A stretch of 64,000 nucleotides of DNA from Mobula birostris (GCF_030028105.1 NC_092398.1:28800424-28864423), one strand, 5' to 3'. Shown: positions 1-13,289, numbered from the stretch's first letter. Numbers and translations are program-made. Notes: a model not told the origin generated them from the letters alone.

Positions 1-119
1 TACAGTAGGAACTTTGGCTCGAACTCGGTATCTTTCTGAACGTAGTAATGCCCGTAGAAATGTTGGTAAAGGAGGTGTACGCCATCATTCCATTAATTGG
101 TCGTGTTTTAGGTGATGAG

Positions 120-640
120 TTCAGGAAGTTATGCAATAGCTCTGTGAATGATTGAACGTCGATATCTCCAACTTCCAGTTCATTCTCCCCCTCTATCCTC
201 TCCTCTTCTTTAATTCTCCACTCTTCCCCCACTTACTTCCTCTCTCTCCCCCACTACGCATGTCCTCCGACTCCTGCCCTTCCCTTTCTCCCGTAATCCA
301 TTCACTTTTCAGATCTAATACCTATCTATCTATTAGTACTATACAGATCTATTAGTCTTCCACTTAATCACCTCCTAACATTGGTTCGCACTGCCTCACC
401 TATTAACCTGACTTTAACTGCCGCGTTATAGCTTGTACACTTTCCCCTCTGCCCACTTTCTTATTCTGGCATCGTTCCCCTTCTTTTCCAGTTTTGATGA
501 AGGGTTCCGGAAACCTCGACTGTTTGTTCATTGATATAGATCCCGTCTGAGCTAATGAGTCCCTACAGGATTGTGTGTGCATTGCTGCGGATGCGTAGCA
601 TCTGCAGAAACTCCAGACTGCATCAATAATTGTTGTTGTC
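120..640 (+). mobile_element. Degenerate Penelope-like 3' end and terminal repeat tail
   Basis: tgattgaacgtcgatatctccaacttccag resembles the QPDGMNIDFSNF end of the element at 37.5 kb. A pyrimidine tract follows, then a decayed copy of the cagtcctgatgaagggtctcggcccgaaacgtcgactg tail at 488-522. Confidence 0.5.
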
Positions 641-1161
641 ATCGTTCATTTGCCCATCTAAGCATCACTTAGATGGAGTATTGATCAAGGAGACATTGAA
701 CACACAGACGCACACGAGCAGTTTAAATTAGCGTTATTGTTGGCATCCATATCATGGGCCGAACGGCCTGTTCCTGTGCAGCACTGATCTGTGTTCATTA
801 TTTTCAATCACTTATTTATAAAACTGATTTCGGTGCCGATTCTTTGATTCGATAACCTGGACCAGACAGCTTCGTTGGCCATGATTCTTGTGAGACAGGC
901 ACAATCATAGAACGCGAAGACAACTGCTAATAATATGCTCCGCGACATAGAAGCTTGCGTTTTATAATGGAGCGGGGAATTTACGGAGGGAGTTTCATTT
1001 TAACAGCATTGTATTTTTCTTATTTCCCGACACAGCAGGGCAGCAGGAGAACTACCAGAACGTTCACGTCTTTGGAATGTGAATGCATTTGGAAGAAACA
1101 CACACCGTCACTGATAGAATGTACAAAGTTCATAGGGACCGCTGCGGTTCTGAAACCGCTT

Positions 1162-1830
1162 TCAATTTCTTTCTCTATGCGGGCAGCGCCGGTTACTTAG
1201 CTGTTCATTCCGAATAGTTTCTCTCAAACTTCGAGTGAATGGAGATTTCACCACCTCCCGTATCTGCTCCCGGAACTTCCTCCGTGTCAAGGCGTAAGGA
1301 GCTGTGTTTGTGCAGCAGCTCAGCAGCTGCAGCATGTAACCCAACTCCCCGATGGTCAAAGGTGGGTACGGAGCACTAAAATAAAGCAAACGCATCCACA
1401 CAGTGTGCACAACAAAAACCATCCACAATACGATGAAATTCGCCGACACGACCAACAGTAAGATGAGTGAATTCCTGCGGTTCTCCGTTTCCGGGTCCTT
1501 GGAACTATCCCCACTATTACGACTCTGGAGTCTCCTCCGGGCTCTGCTCGCCACGAACACGTGCCTGATGGTCAAAACATTGAGCAGCAGAATGACCACA
1601 AAGGGGATGACGGGAGTCAGAAGGTAGCTGCCGAACTCGACTGCGGTCCAGAACACTGAAAGCAGGGCATCATAACTTATATTGCAAAACCAAGGTACGT
1701 TAACAAGCTGATAGTTTTCTGAGAGCATAAAATACCAGAAAATGTTCTTTAAACAGCTCAGCGCAGCCACAGTCCTCAGAACCACAGCCGCCGTTCTCTC
1801 CGTGCAGTATTCAGCTTTCAGATTCTGGCG
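1162..1830 (-). pseudogene. 5'-truncated class A GPCR, GPR139/142-like (intracellular loop 2 to C-terminus)
   Basis: Translates LKAEYCTERTAAVVLRTVAALSCLKNIFWYF...LTPVIPFVVILLLNVLT...DPETENRRNSLILL...GYMLQLLSCCTNTAPY. TM4-TM7 are present. Sequence upstream of ~1830 does not continue the receptor, so TM1-3 are absent. Confidence 0.8.
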
Positions 1831-2081
1831 GTTCCGTAAGTTCAGCTAAAATTCTGAGGCTTCTTCTGCAGGTGTCTTAAATTTATACAGTCTTCCTGAA
1901 AAGATAATTGGGAAGTCGTCCATTTTATACTACACTGCGACGTTGTGAACTCAATATATGAAACTTTAAGAGATACAGACTCAATTGAAACTTTTAAACG
2001 CCAGCTCAGAACCTATGTATTTAACCTTGCTTTTAACTAAAATCATTTTGTCTGTTCTTTTCGTGTTATGTCAGTGCGTAT

Positions 2082-2976
2082 TGTGACAAAACAGGGTTAC
2101 AAAAGTACACATAGACTAAGATGTTAACTGTCCTGTGCTATCACAAGTGGGATCATCAGTTGATCTGCCACCTGTCTTCAGGAGAGAGAGATAAGTAAGA
2201 CAATGGAGCAGCATTTGGAAATGTTAATGAAGAGACGAGAGAGTTTAACGGAAGGAGACACCGGTCTGAGTATTGTCAAGACCGGCTGCTTTGAACCCTG
2301 AACTGTTTGAAGTCTGATGGACAGGCGATACCCCAACAGGGGGGATAAAAAGGGACAGGTTCGCTAAGGCAACAGACACCACTCACGACACCACGAGGTA
2401 ACGAGACCCTGGAAGCGGTGCGCCCCCCACAAGTCGGTGGGTGTTTTGGAGGGCTGATCGCGGGACCAGCCATAGACGCACAGGGTGGAAAGATACGGTC
2501 AGCGGGAACCTGGTGTGTGTGTCCGCCCTTGCCTGGGTGCCGGGTTCACTGCCGAGGAGCGATCGTATCTGGAACGGAGGGGTCACAGTCGGTGACCTCA
2601 GAAGACATTACAAAGGGCTCGCCCGAAAGCTGACTGCGAGGAATATCGAAGGTCTGCTTGGAATCCGATCTGAATATTCATTCGTTCTCTTTCTCTCTCT
2701 CTCCAACGGCACAATAGTGATTACTGCGAACTGAACTCTGTCACTTGTGATTGATCATTTTACCCCTAGACTGCGATAGAGCTTGATTGACCTTATTATC
2801 CTAGTTCTGTGTACATGTGTGTTTATTCATTGCTAACCTGTTGCATTTATATCCTTACTATTAGAGTACTGTGTTGCTTATTTCTTTAATAAAACTTTCT
2901 TAGTTCCAGTCATCCAGACTCCAACTGAGCGGTCTATTTCTGCTGGTTTGGCAACCCAGTTACGGGGTACGTAACA
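2082..2976 (+). mobile_element. 5' LTR of a Gypsy (Gmr1-like) element
   Basis: TGTGAC...GTAACA termini, immediately followed by a PBS and gag. The left boundary is inferred from the TGT/ACA ends. Confidence 0.7.
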
Positions 2977-2980
2977 TAAG

Positions 2981-2999
2981 TGGGGATCTCGTCCGCGAT
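2981..2999 (+). promoter_or_regulatory. Primer-binding site, tRNA-Pro type
   Basis: tggggatctcgtccgcgat, 4 nt after the LTR end. It is a variant of the tRNA-Pro PBS TGGGGGCTCGTCCGGGAT. Confidence 0.7.
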
Positions 3000-3076
3000 T
3001 TCGAACGCTAAATTTGGGACGGGGTAAATTGATTGGGTTAAAAATTCCCGAAAGAAAGAAAAGGCAAACAGCAGAA

Positions 3077-6000
3077 ATGGAGATTGAGGAATTTCTAAAG
3101 GCGCCGACCTTGGAGGCATTAGAGGATGCCAGAAAAGCGGAATTGGCAGCTGTGGCCAAACGGTTGAATCTTGTTAAGGGGAAGTCGACAATGAGGAGAG
3201 AGGAGACACACAGAGCTATCGTAGAGCACTATGTATCTAAAGGTGTGTTTCCCCAAGGGGAGCTGGAGGTGATATCTATTGGAAAACCTGGTGGAGACGC
3301 AGTACAGGTGCAGCTTGAAAAACTGAGACTCGAGCACGAGTTCCGGGTACGGCAGCTAGAACACGAAGAGAAACAGTTAGAACGACAACGAGAAGAGAGG
3401 CAGTTGGAGCGAGAAGAGAAACAGAGGGAAAGGGAATTCGAGCTGGAGAAGTTAAAGATAAGGGCAGAGCAGGGGCCATGCCGAACCAAGGTGGAGGGTT
3501 CAGGGTGACCCAGGATGTTAGGCTGCTTCCCCCATTTGACGATACCGATGTGGATCGGTACTTTCTCCATTTCGAAAAAGTCGCTGCAAGTCAGGACTGG
3601 CCGAGGGATAAGTGGGCTGTTTTGCTTCAGAGTGTGCTTAAAGAGAAAGCCCAACAAGCTTACTCGGCTTTGTCTGCGGAAGATGCCCAGAGGTATGAGG
3701 TGGTGAAAGAGGCCATCCTCAAGATTTATGAGTTGGTCCCGGAGGCATACCGGCAGAGGTTCCGGAATTTAGAGTTTGCCCGTGAGATGCAGACATATTG
3801 TGAACGTTGGTGAGCCTCGAAGGGGGTAAATGGGGATTATGACAGACTGCTAAAGCTGCTCCTGATTGAGCAGTTTCAAGGTTGTGTCCCTGAAGGTATG
3901 AGACCCTACCTAGATAAGAGGCAGCCACGTTAGCCACAACTGCTAAGTTAGTGGATGAGTACGCGTTGGCGCATAAAATGAAGTTTTCCCCGAGTAAAGG
4001 CTACCAGAAGGGTAGTCAGGACGGCGGGGAGAGTCCGCGGGAAAAGTCCGTAAGTAAGCCGGGGACTAGTGAGAAGGATAAGGTAGACCAGGAGCAGTCT
4101 GGTAGGAATTGTCCTGGGGTCGTCTGTTATAATTGTGGGAAAGTCGGACACTTTGCGTCCAGGTGCTTTGCTCCAAAGGAGGAGACGGGGAAAGGAAAAA
4201 CGGCGATTTCGATTGGCTGTATCGAGCTGGTAAACGAACCGCTAGGAGAGGAAAGATCTGCCAAAGTTCAGGAAGGGCGCGAGAGGTTTATCTCGGCCTG
4301 ATTGGTGTCGGTGAAGAAGGGGTTAAACCCAGTTCCAGTGCGGATCTGGAGAGACACGGGAGCGTGTCAGTCATTGATATTAAAGGGTGTGTTAGACTTT
4401 AGTTCAGAGACCGAGACTGGGAAAGTCAGGGTCATAAAAGGCATTGGAAAAGGGACTGAGGTAGTCCCTTTGCACCAGATACACCTACAAAGCAATTTGG
4501 TCTCTGGACTAGTCACGATCGGGGTGAGGCCCGAATTACCGATGAAAGGCGTGGAAGTCTTGCTCGGTAATGACCTCGCCGGGGGAATTGTGTTCTTGGC
4601 AGTGAGATTGACAGGTCAGCCTGCCAGCATTGAGGCCCCGCCCATGGACTCACAGGTCCATCCCGATTGCGCAGTGACTCGGCCTGTGTCCAGAAAGACT
4701 GCCGAAGTAAATTTAACTGAGTCGTTTCTACCAGCCTTGTACCAAGAGGAGGTAGAAAGTGAAAAGAAGGAGTGTAGTGAAACAGAAGGAAGCTGAGGCA
4801 GACTTAGCATTAGCCAGGAAGAAATTTGTACAGACGCAGGAGCGAGACGAAGAGCTGAGGGTTTCGGCGGAGACAGCTCTCTCTGAAGCAGAATTAAAAA
4901 GTGAGCCAGTAGGCTATTGTGTGGAGGAGGGAGTGCTAAGGAAGAAACGGAAACCAAGTACCGTACCCGCAGATGAGGAATGGGGGATGGTGCCAAAAAT
5001 TTATGGGGATGAGATTCTTAACCTGGCCCACAAGATACCCCTCGGTGGAAATTTTGGAAGGAGGGAAACAGTCGGCGGAATCATGAAAGAGTTTTACTGG
5101 CTGCACAGGAGGAAGGATGTTATTGACTATTGCAGACGTGAGTTAACACAGTTAGAGGCTATTAACATGTTAAAAGCCCACCACGATCAGAGAACAGATC
5201 TAGCTGGTGATATCATGAAAATTAATAAGGCTAGGGTGCCACCTGAGAGGGGAGGGCCCATTTTGAAAAGATAAGTGTGATGCCGACCAGAAGGGAGATG
5301 TCTATTGTTTTGACCCGTTTTGCTGATAAGGTCTCTCACCTAACCCCCGAACAAAGCGGGCCATTGATAAAGCCAATTAACCGGCACGCGCACGTAGGTC
5401 TAGACGTCCTGAGGCGATGCAAAGAGCTGGGACATGGAGCTGTGGTCACATCAGGTCAGCCTAGTGAGCAACACCCCTATAGAATGATTAATTCAGTGAC
5501 AAACGGGCTAAGGAACACGGAAATGTATATTGGCGATGTAGTGGTCTGGAGTAACACATGGGAGGAGCTGTTCAAAAAGCTGTTTGAAGCCAGCCTGACA
5601 GTAAACCTCGCAAAGAGTGAATTCGGCCACGAAGAAGTCACTTATCTGGGATTTGCGGTAGGACAGGGGCAGCTGGCTCCGATGCAAGCTAAGGTGCGGG
5701 CTATCGCTGAAGTCCCCACCCCGACAGACAAGAGAGCCCTGAGAAGGTTCTTGGAGACGGCGGGGTACTATTGGAAGTTTTACAGAAAAAAAACAACTTT
5801 GCGGATAGTACCCACCCTCTTACAAAGTCCTTACCAAAGAATGCTAAGTTGGTATGGGACGACCCTTGTTATCTGTGTCCGGGGGGAAAACCACTGAAAA
5901 GTTACACTGAACACAATTCATTAGTGTTTTCGGCCACTATGAAGTCTGCTAAGTTGGAGCCTGGTTTGAGAGGATTATTAAAATAACACATATAAAAGGA

Positions 6001-6107
6001 ACAGAAAATGTGATTGCTGACTGTCTGTCAGGTGTTGACAACTTAAAATTCTCTGTATTAGCCAAATAGCTGATGAAGGTGTATATTTGTGTGTATCTAA
6101 TAATGTA
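3077..6107 (+). mobile_element. Decayed Gmr1-like Gypsy internal region: gag (SCAN-like, CCHC), protease, integrase Zn-finger, RT/RNase H fragments
   Basis: LLLIEQF (SCAN-like); CYNCGKVGHFASRC knuckle; DTGACQSL protease; AHKIPLGGNFG...FYW...DVIDYCRR integrase N-terminus placed before the RT motifs (YIGDVVVWS, LTVNLAKSEFG, VTYLG). Frameshifts, stops and a large deletion are present. No 3' LTR was seen. Confidence 0.85.
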
Positions 6108-9100
6108 TCCAAGTGTGGCCTAACCAGAGTTTTATAGAGTTGCAACATTAGATAGTGACTCTTAAACTCTATCCCTCGACTTATGAAAGCTAACACCCGA
6201 TAAGCTTTCTTAACTACCCTAACTACCTGTGAGGCAACTTTCAGGGATCTGTGGATGTGTACCCCACATCCCTCTGCTCCTCCACACTACCAATTATCCT
6301 GCCATTTACTTTGTACTCTGCCTTGGAGTTTGTCCTTCCAAAGTGTACCATCTCACACTTCTCTGGGTTGAACTCCTTCTGCCACTTCTCAGCCCACTCT
6401 GCATCCTATCAATGTCTTTCTGCAATCTTCGACAATCCTCCACACTATCTACAACACCACCAACCTTTGTGTCGTCTGCAAACTTACCAACTCAACCTTC
6501 TACCCCCACATCCAGGTCGTTAATAAAAATCACAAAAAGTAGAGGTCCCAGCACAGATCCTTCTGGGACACCAATCTGAATGTACTCCCTCCACCATGAC
6601 CCACTAACTTCTGCAGGCAAGCTAATTCTGAATCCACCTAGCCAAACTTCCCTCGATCCCATGCCTTCTGACTTTCTGAATAAGCCCACCGTGTGGAACC
6701 TTGTGAAATGCCTTACTAAAATCCATATAGATCACATCTACTGCACTACCCTCATCTATATGCCTGGTCATCTCCTCAAAGAACTCCATCAGGCTTGTTA
6801 GACACGATCTTCACAAAGCCATGCTGACAGTCCCTGATCAGACCATGATTCTCTAAATGCCCATAGATCCTATCCCTAAGAATCTTTTCCAACAGCTTTC
6901 CCACCACAGACGTAAGGCTCACTGGTCTATAATTACCCGGACAATCCCTACTACCTTTTTTGAACAAGGGGACAATATTCGCCTCCCTCCAATCCTCCGG
7001 TACCATTCCCGTGGACAACAAGGACATAAAGATCCTAACCAGAGGCTCAATAATCTCCTCCCTCACCTCGTGCAGCAGCCTGGGGAATATTCCATCAGGC
7101 CCCGGGGACTTATCCGTCCTAATGTATTTTAACAACTCCAACACCTCCTCTCCCTTAATATCAACATGCTCCAGAACATCAGCCTCACTCATATTGTCCT
7201 TACCATCATCAAGTTCCGTCTCATTGGTGAATACCGAAGAGAAGTATTCATTGAGGACCTCGCTCACTTCCACAGCCTCCAGGCACATCTTCCCATCTTT
7301 ATCTCTAATTGGTCGTACATTCACTCCTGTCATCCTTTTTTCTTCACATAATTGAAGAACGCCTTGGGGTTTTCCTTTACCCGACTAGCCAAGGCCTTCT
7401 CATGCCCCCTTCTTGCTCTTCTCAGGCACTTCTTAAGCTCCTTTCTTGCTTCCTTATATTCCTCAATAGTCCCAACTGACCTTTGCTTGCTAAACCCCAT
7501 GTATGCTGCCTTCTTCCACCTGACTAGATTCTCCACCTCACTTGTCACCCATGGTTCCTTCACCCTACCATTCTTTATCTTCCTCACCGGGACAAATATA
7601 TCTTCCTCACCGGACAAATATGAAACAACTTTCAAGAGATCTCCAAACATTGACCACATGTCCATAGTACGTTTCCCAGGAAAAACATCATCCTATTTCA
7701 CACCCGCAAGTTCTAGCCTTATAGCCTCATAATTTGCCCTTCCCCAATTAAAAATTTTCCTGTCCTCTCTGATTCTCTCCTTTTCCATGATAATGTTAAG
7801 GCCAGGGAGCGGTGGTCACTGTCCCCCAGATGCTCACCCATTGAGAGATCTGTGACCTGACCTGGTTCATTACCTAGTACTAGATCTAGTATGGCATTCC
7901 CCCTAGTCGGCCTGTCCACATACTGTGACAGGAATCAGTCCTGGACACAATTAACAAACTCTGCCCAAAACTAACCCCTTGGAACTAATCAGGTGCCCAT
8001 CAATATTAGGGAAGTTAAAGTCACACATGATAACAACCCTGTTATTTTTGTACTTTTCCAAAATTTGCCTCCCATTCTGATCCTCTGTATCTCTGCTGCT
8101 ACCAGGGGGCCTATAGAATACCCGCAATACAGTAACTGTTCCCTTTCTGTTCCTGACTTCAACCCATACTGACCCAAAAGAGGACCCTGCTACATTACCC
8201 ACCATTTCTATAGCTGTAATAGTATCCCTGACCAGTAATGCCAGCCCTCCTCCCCTTTCCCCCCCTTCTCTATCCCTCTTAAAACACTGAAATCCAGGAA
8301 TATTGAGAATCCAATCCTGCCCTAGTGCCAGCCAAGTCTCTGTAATGACCAGTACATCACAATTCCATGTATGTATCCAAGCTCTCAGTTCATCACTTTT
8401 GTTCCTGATACTTCTTGCATTGAGGTACACACATTTCGGCCCTTCTACCTTACTACCTTTACACCGTTTATTCTGCTTCTGTTTCCTCAAAGCCTCTCTG
8501 TATGTTAGATCTGGCTTTACTCCATGTACTTCTTTCACTGCTCTATCGCTCTGGGTCCCATCCCCCTTGCAAATTAGTTTAAACCCTCCAGAACCACGCT
8601 AGCAAACCTACCTGCAAGGATATTGCTCCCCCTCGAGTTCAGGTGCAACCCATCTAATCTGTAGAGGTCCCCCACCTTCCCCAGAAGAGATCCCAATGAT
8701 CGAAAAATCTAAAACCCTGCTTCCTGCACCAACTCCTCAGCCACGCATTCAACTGCCATCTCATCCAATTCTTACAATCACTGTCACGTAGCACTGGCAG
8801 CAATCCTGAGAACGTCACCCTTGAGGTCCTGTTCTTCAGTCTTCTGCCTAATTCCCGAAACTCACATCTCAGGACCTCATCCCTCTTCCTGCCTATGTCG
8901 TTGGCCCCAAGATGTATCACGACTTCTGGTTGCTTTCCCTCTCGTACCAGGATGTCGTGCACCCGGTCAGAGACATCCCGGACCCTGGCACCCGGGAGGC
9001 AACAAACCATGCGGGTGTCCTTCTCACGTCCACAAAATCTCCTGTCGACTCCCCTGACTATAGAGTCTCCAATGACCACAGCTCTCCTTTTCTCCGTCCC

Positions 9101-9230
9101 ACCCTTCTGCACCACCGGGTCAGACACAGTGCCGCAGGCCCCGCCACCGTGGCTCACACCTGGTCGGTCGTCCCCGCCAACAGTATCCAGGACGGTACAC
9201 TTATTATTCAGGGGAATGGCTAACGTCTGG
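6108..9230 (-). mobile_element. CR1 LINE (ORF1 SGNH esterase plus ORF2 APE-RT), frameshifted and internally deleted
   Basis: VIGDSIVRG...GANDIG esterase; YLNARSIRNK endonuclease; PGNYRPVSLTSVVGK, GVPEGSVLGP and MLQLYKTLVRPHL RT motifs. Confidence 0.9.
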
Positions 9231-9439
9231 AGTAGGCTGTTGCCCGGTTAATGTCTGGAGTTGGTTGCTGCATGGTTCATGTCTGGAGTAGGCTGTCATG
9301 ATTGATTATGCTTGCCAAATATAGCGAGCCGCTTTGTTTTTCTTGTTCGTGATCTCCTTATGAGAAGACTGCTCGCACGGTATATTTTATCAGTTAAAGA
9401 TGGTAGGTGTGTCGGATGTTTTTTTTTAATACAAAAGAA

Positions 9440-9570
9440 AGACCCATAGGAAACCCACTCATTCCAGGGGAAGAAGGTACGACTCGTTATAGAAGACGCC
9501 GGGATTGAACAGATAAATCCGGCGCCTTGAGCTGGAATAGCGTCGCTTTGACTGCTACGCTGTTGTTATC
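9440..9570 (-). mobile_element. tRNA-derived SINE head remnant
   Basis: The reverse complement agcgtagcagtca...ttcaatcccgg resembles the SINE at 25.0 kb. Confidence 0.45.
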
Positions 9571-9669
9571 TCATTGGTGAAGGCTTGTTGTAGATGGCGG
9601 TGTGGAATTAAGTAATTTTAAGTCATTTATCACTATTCAAATGCGCATTTACTTTATGAGCCCAGTAGG

Positions 9670-10330
9670 TAAGATCAATTATGAAGAAAGCACGACAGGC
9701 GCTTTACTTCCTTGGGAGTTTTCGAAGACACTGTATGACTTAACAAACTTCTGTAGATTATTTTTTTGCATGCATCACACCTTGATATGAAATTACCAGT
9801 ACCCTTGAATGGAGTATCCTACAGAAAGTAATGGGTATGGCCCAGTCCATCGGGGGTAAAGCCCTCCCGGCCCACTGGGCACATCTACAAAGAGCGCTGT
9901 TACAGAAAAGCAACATCCATGATCAATGACCATCCACACCCCCGCTCTCGCCCCCACACCACCATGATCTCTTTTCACTGCTACCATCAGGTAGAAGGTA
10001 CAAGAGCCTCAGGATTCGGACCAACATGTTCAAGATCAGGTTCTTGAACAAAAGGCAACAATTGCCCATCCATTGAGATGCGTCTACAACCAATAATCTC
10101 TGTTTAAGGACTCTTTATCTCGTTATCTCATATTCTGGTTATTTATCGTTATTTCTTTATACTTGCATTCAGTTTGTTGTCTTCTGCGTTTTGGCTGATC
10201 TTTCATTAATCCTGTTACAGTTACTATTCCATAGATTTGTTGAGTATGCCCTCAGGAAAATGAATCTGAGGGCTGCATGTAGTGACCTGTATGTACTTTG
10301 ATAATAAATTTACTTTGATCTTTGAACTTT
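9670..10330 (+). mobile_element. Rex1/Babar-clade LINE 3' fragment
   Basis: KKARQALYFL-type C-terminal motif, then ctgctaccatcaggtagaaggtacaagagcctcagg and a tail ending tttactttga. The same family recurs at 26.5, 33.7, 34.9, 42.2 and 63.1 kb. Confidence 0.6.
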
Positions 10331-10339
10331 AAACTTGAT

Positions 10340-11456
10340 CTTTGCTTTCAATTAAGTGTAGTACGGTGCACTTCTTACCAGAATTGCATATGTTCGCAAA
10401 GCGTGCTGAATCCTGTTTTCGTTGATGAAAATATATCCTTAGAAGTTTTATCTATGTTCTGTATGCTTTTATATATGTTGGTTACACCTTTTTCCTAGGC
10501 AATGTTAATCTAACTGCATTCGAGTAGTATATAGTGCTTTCTAAAATTTATCATTTCAGGACTTACTTTTCTTTGTAACAATTCCAGATTAGTTTCGGAC
10601 CAAGATATTATATCAAGAGGATACGTTAGTCTAGGTATAATTAAAGTGTTGATTGCCTTTGTTATATGTTTACATTGAGCTCTGTTTGGCAGATTTTCTT
10701 AAGGCTTGAAATAATTATTTACAAAGTTTTTTCTTCTTTTTTCACACTATGGTTTATTTTCTTTGCTTGTTGATATTCCAGATACTTACGTGTTTCATAT
10801 TGAAACGTCGTCTGTATTTTATTCTGTTGCTCTGTTTTATATTCTAGTGGGTCGGTTGCACATTCCTTTAGGTTTAATGTTCTGCACTATTCATGTCCTA
10901 AGCTCATGTTTGAATCTTTCGAAAATAGCTCAAAGGTGTATAGACGGTATGTCAATGAAGAATTCGTTTGGTTGTCTCTGATTTTATACCCTACTTTCGT
11001 CCAGTTGAATAAATCAATAAATTAGAGCGCGGGTTTGAGGCTCTAGTGGGCTTAGAGAATCGCCCTAGGGGAAAGGAAAAACGTCTCGGTCTAGTTTGTT
11101 ACTGGTGGATTTACTTTTTGTTGCTAATAGATAATGTGTTTATAGTACGTCAATACTTCATCAGATGTTGTCAGAATTTCACAAATATTCGCTGTATATG
11201 AAGAACTTCTATTATCCATGAATGTGGGACAGAACCAATAGTCAATATAACAACTTGAAAGATATCTGCTTTTTCTCCCTGCTTGAGTTAGAATTACAGA
11301 ATCTATTATCAGTTGTTCTTTACATCCTTTCACAGCCTTACCGCATCCTTTCTTCTCTTTTGTAAGTATATTGTGGGTATCTAACTGAGTGGTGATTGGT
11401 TGCAAGACGCATGATGTTACAATTTTATATATAGTTTGTAAACAAGTACTGTACCT
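10340..11456 (-). mobile_element. R4/Dong-like non-LTR retrotransposon RT remnant
   Basis: TCLQTIYKIVTS...KKGCGKAVKGCKEQLIIDSVILTQA...YIDY and, further on, KYLEYQQA. These are RT motifs typical of R4-clade elements. Heavily decayed. Confidence 0.65.
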
Positions 11457-11926
11457 TCTTATCTTCGCCACCAGGGGGCGCATTTGACTGGTTTGATCGC
11501 ATTTTAACCCCTTTCCTCCCGTTCTTTCTGATACTGCTGCTCAATGTTCTGACGGTCAGGCGGATTTTAGTGGCCAGTCTTGTCCGCAGGGGACTCCGCG
11601 GCCGTAAGGATGGAGAGAATGACAAAGCTCCGGAGATGGAAAACCGAAAAAAATCTATCGTTTTGCTCTTCAGTATAACCAGCAGTTTCATTTTGCTGTG
11701 GATGACGAAGGTTGTGTTCAACATTTACAGACGAGTGCCAGGCGTAATTTATTTATCTTATTCTGACCCAAATTATATTGCTGAAACAAGTGCATTTATG
11801 CTGCAAATTCTCAGTTCCTGCACCAACACGTGTATTTATATCCTAACACAGAGTAGATTCCGAGAGGAGCTGAAGAACGGTATAAATTATCCATTGAATA
11901 TATTTGTTCAATTAACTAAGTCTTAG
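11457..11926 (+). pseudogene. 5'-truncated GPR139/142-like GPCR (TM5 to C-terminus)
   Basis: AFDWFDRILTPFLPFFLILLLNVLTVRRILVAS...APEMENRKKSIVLLFSI...FMLQILSSCTNTCIYILTQSRFREEL, open to the TAG at 11926. It abuts the R4-like element upstream. Confidence 0.8.
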
Positions 11927-12429
11927 ATAGAGCAAAGTAGTTATGTTCAACTGTGTACAAGTCGTGCAATGACTTTACCTCTGAGAATGATGTGAGAATT
12001 CAAGATAACAGACCTGCGGTCTGTATTAAACAGAGCTGCTGAAAATAAACAGGATACCTTTTTGGTTCCTTGGCTCGAAACCTATCAGGCAGTATCTTTG
12101 ATCCTCGGCATTGCTGTGGGACCGTCTTTCTGTGGAAGTGTTCACACTAGGGGGAAAAGAACTGAGATGGGACGCAGAGTGGTGGAGTCAAGCGAGCTGC
12201 TGGATTCCTGCTCCCGAGTCGGGGACAGAGGCTTTACCAGTTTTCAATACCTCCGCTCCGTATCTTGTTTGAATGACTTATTTTTCCCCATGTATCATTC
12301 TTTCCGTCCTTTCTTTCCATCCTGAACATCCAACGCCGAAATCTTTTTCTGTGCCTCCGGCTTTAAGATTCTTTCCATCCATTTGGGTTATCGCCTCTGT
12401 CGCTGCCACTTGGCCTTTCTATATCCACG

Positions 12430-13250
12430 ATCTCCGCAGTGGAATTAGTTTGGAGACAGACACAGGGCTGTGGGGATGGTGTGGGGTAGTGGGATTAGTT
12501 TAGGGACTGACGCAAGGCTGTGGGGAGAGAGTGGGGCAATGGCTAAGTCTGGGGTCTGACGGGGTTGTGGGGAGAGAGCGGGTCAGTGGGATCAGCTTAG
12601 GGACAGACACGGGGTCGTGGGGAGGGGTGGGGCAGTGTTATTCGTCTGTGAAGTGACACGGGTCTGGGCAGACTGGGCAGGGAAGTGTGGTACGTTTGGA
12701 GAGTGGTACGGGGCTGTGGCAATAGTGGGGCAGTGGGGATTCGTTCAGGGACAGAAACGGGACTGTGGTTAGGGGGTGAAGCGGTGGGATGGGTAGATGG
12801 GCTGACACCAGGTTGTGGGAAGAGAGCAGGACAGAGTGGTCTGTTTGTGGGCTGACACAGGGCTGCGGCGAGAGAGTGGGGAAGTGGGTTTACTTGAAGA
12901 ACAAGCAGAGAGCTGTGGTAAAAGAGTTAGTATGGTTAGTTTGGAAACAGACAAAGGATTGTGGCGAGAGTGGGGCAGTGGGATTAGTTCAGGGTCTGAC
13001 ACATGGCTGTAGGTGAGAGTGGGACAGTGTAGTGCATTTGGGGACTAAGCCAGAGCTGTGTCGAGACAGTAGGTCGTGAGATTAGTTCAGAGACAGACAC
13101 AGCTGTGGGGAGAGAGTTGGGCTGTGGGATTAGTTCAAGGACTGATACAGGGCTGTCGGGAGAGTGTGGTGCGGTCGGAATATTTTGGGGCCTAACACAG
13201 ATCTGTGGGGGCAGTGGGATTGTGTCAGGAGACAGTTGCACCCATTAGAT
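12430..13250. repeat. Degenerate ~50-bp G-rich minisatellite
   Basis: Repeating unit of roughly gtgggattagtttagggacagacacagggctgtggggagagagtggggca. Confidence 0.8.
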
Positions 13251-13289
13251 TAAATACTTCATATTTGTTTATGTGGCGAGTGACACGAG

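Noticed and set aside
6060-9400. 3' LTR of the Gmr1-like element
   Set aside because: I found no second copy of 2082-2976 after the CR1 or elsewhere in the window.
12430-13250. CRISPR-like array
   Set aside because: Eukaryotic context, degenerate head-to-tail units, no unique spacers and no cas genes. The same applies to the other tandem arrays.
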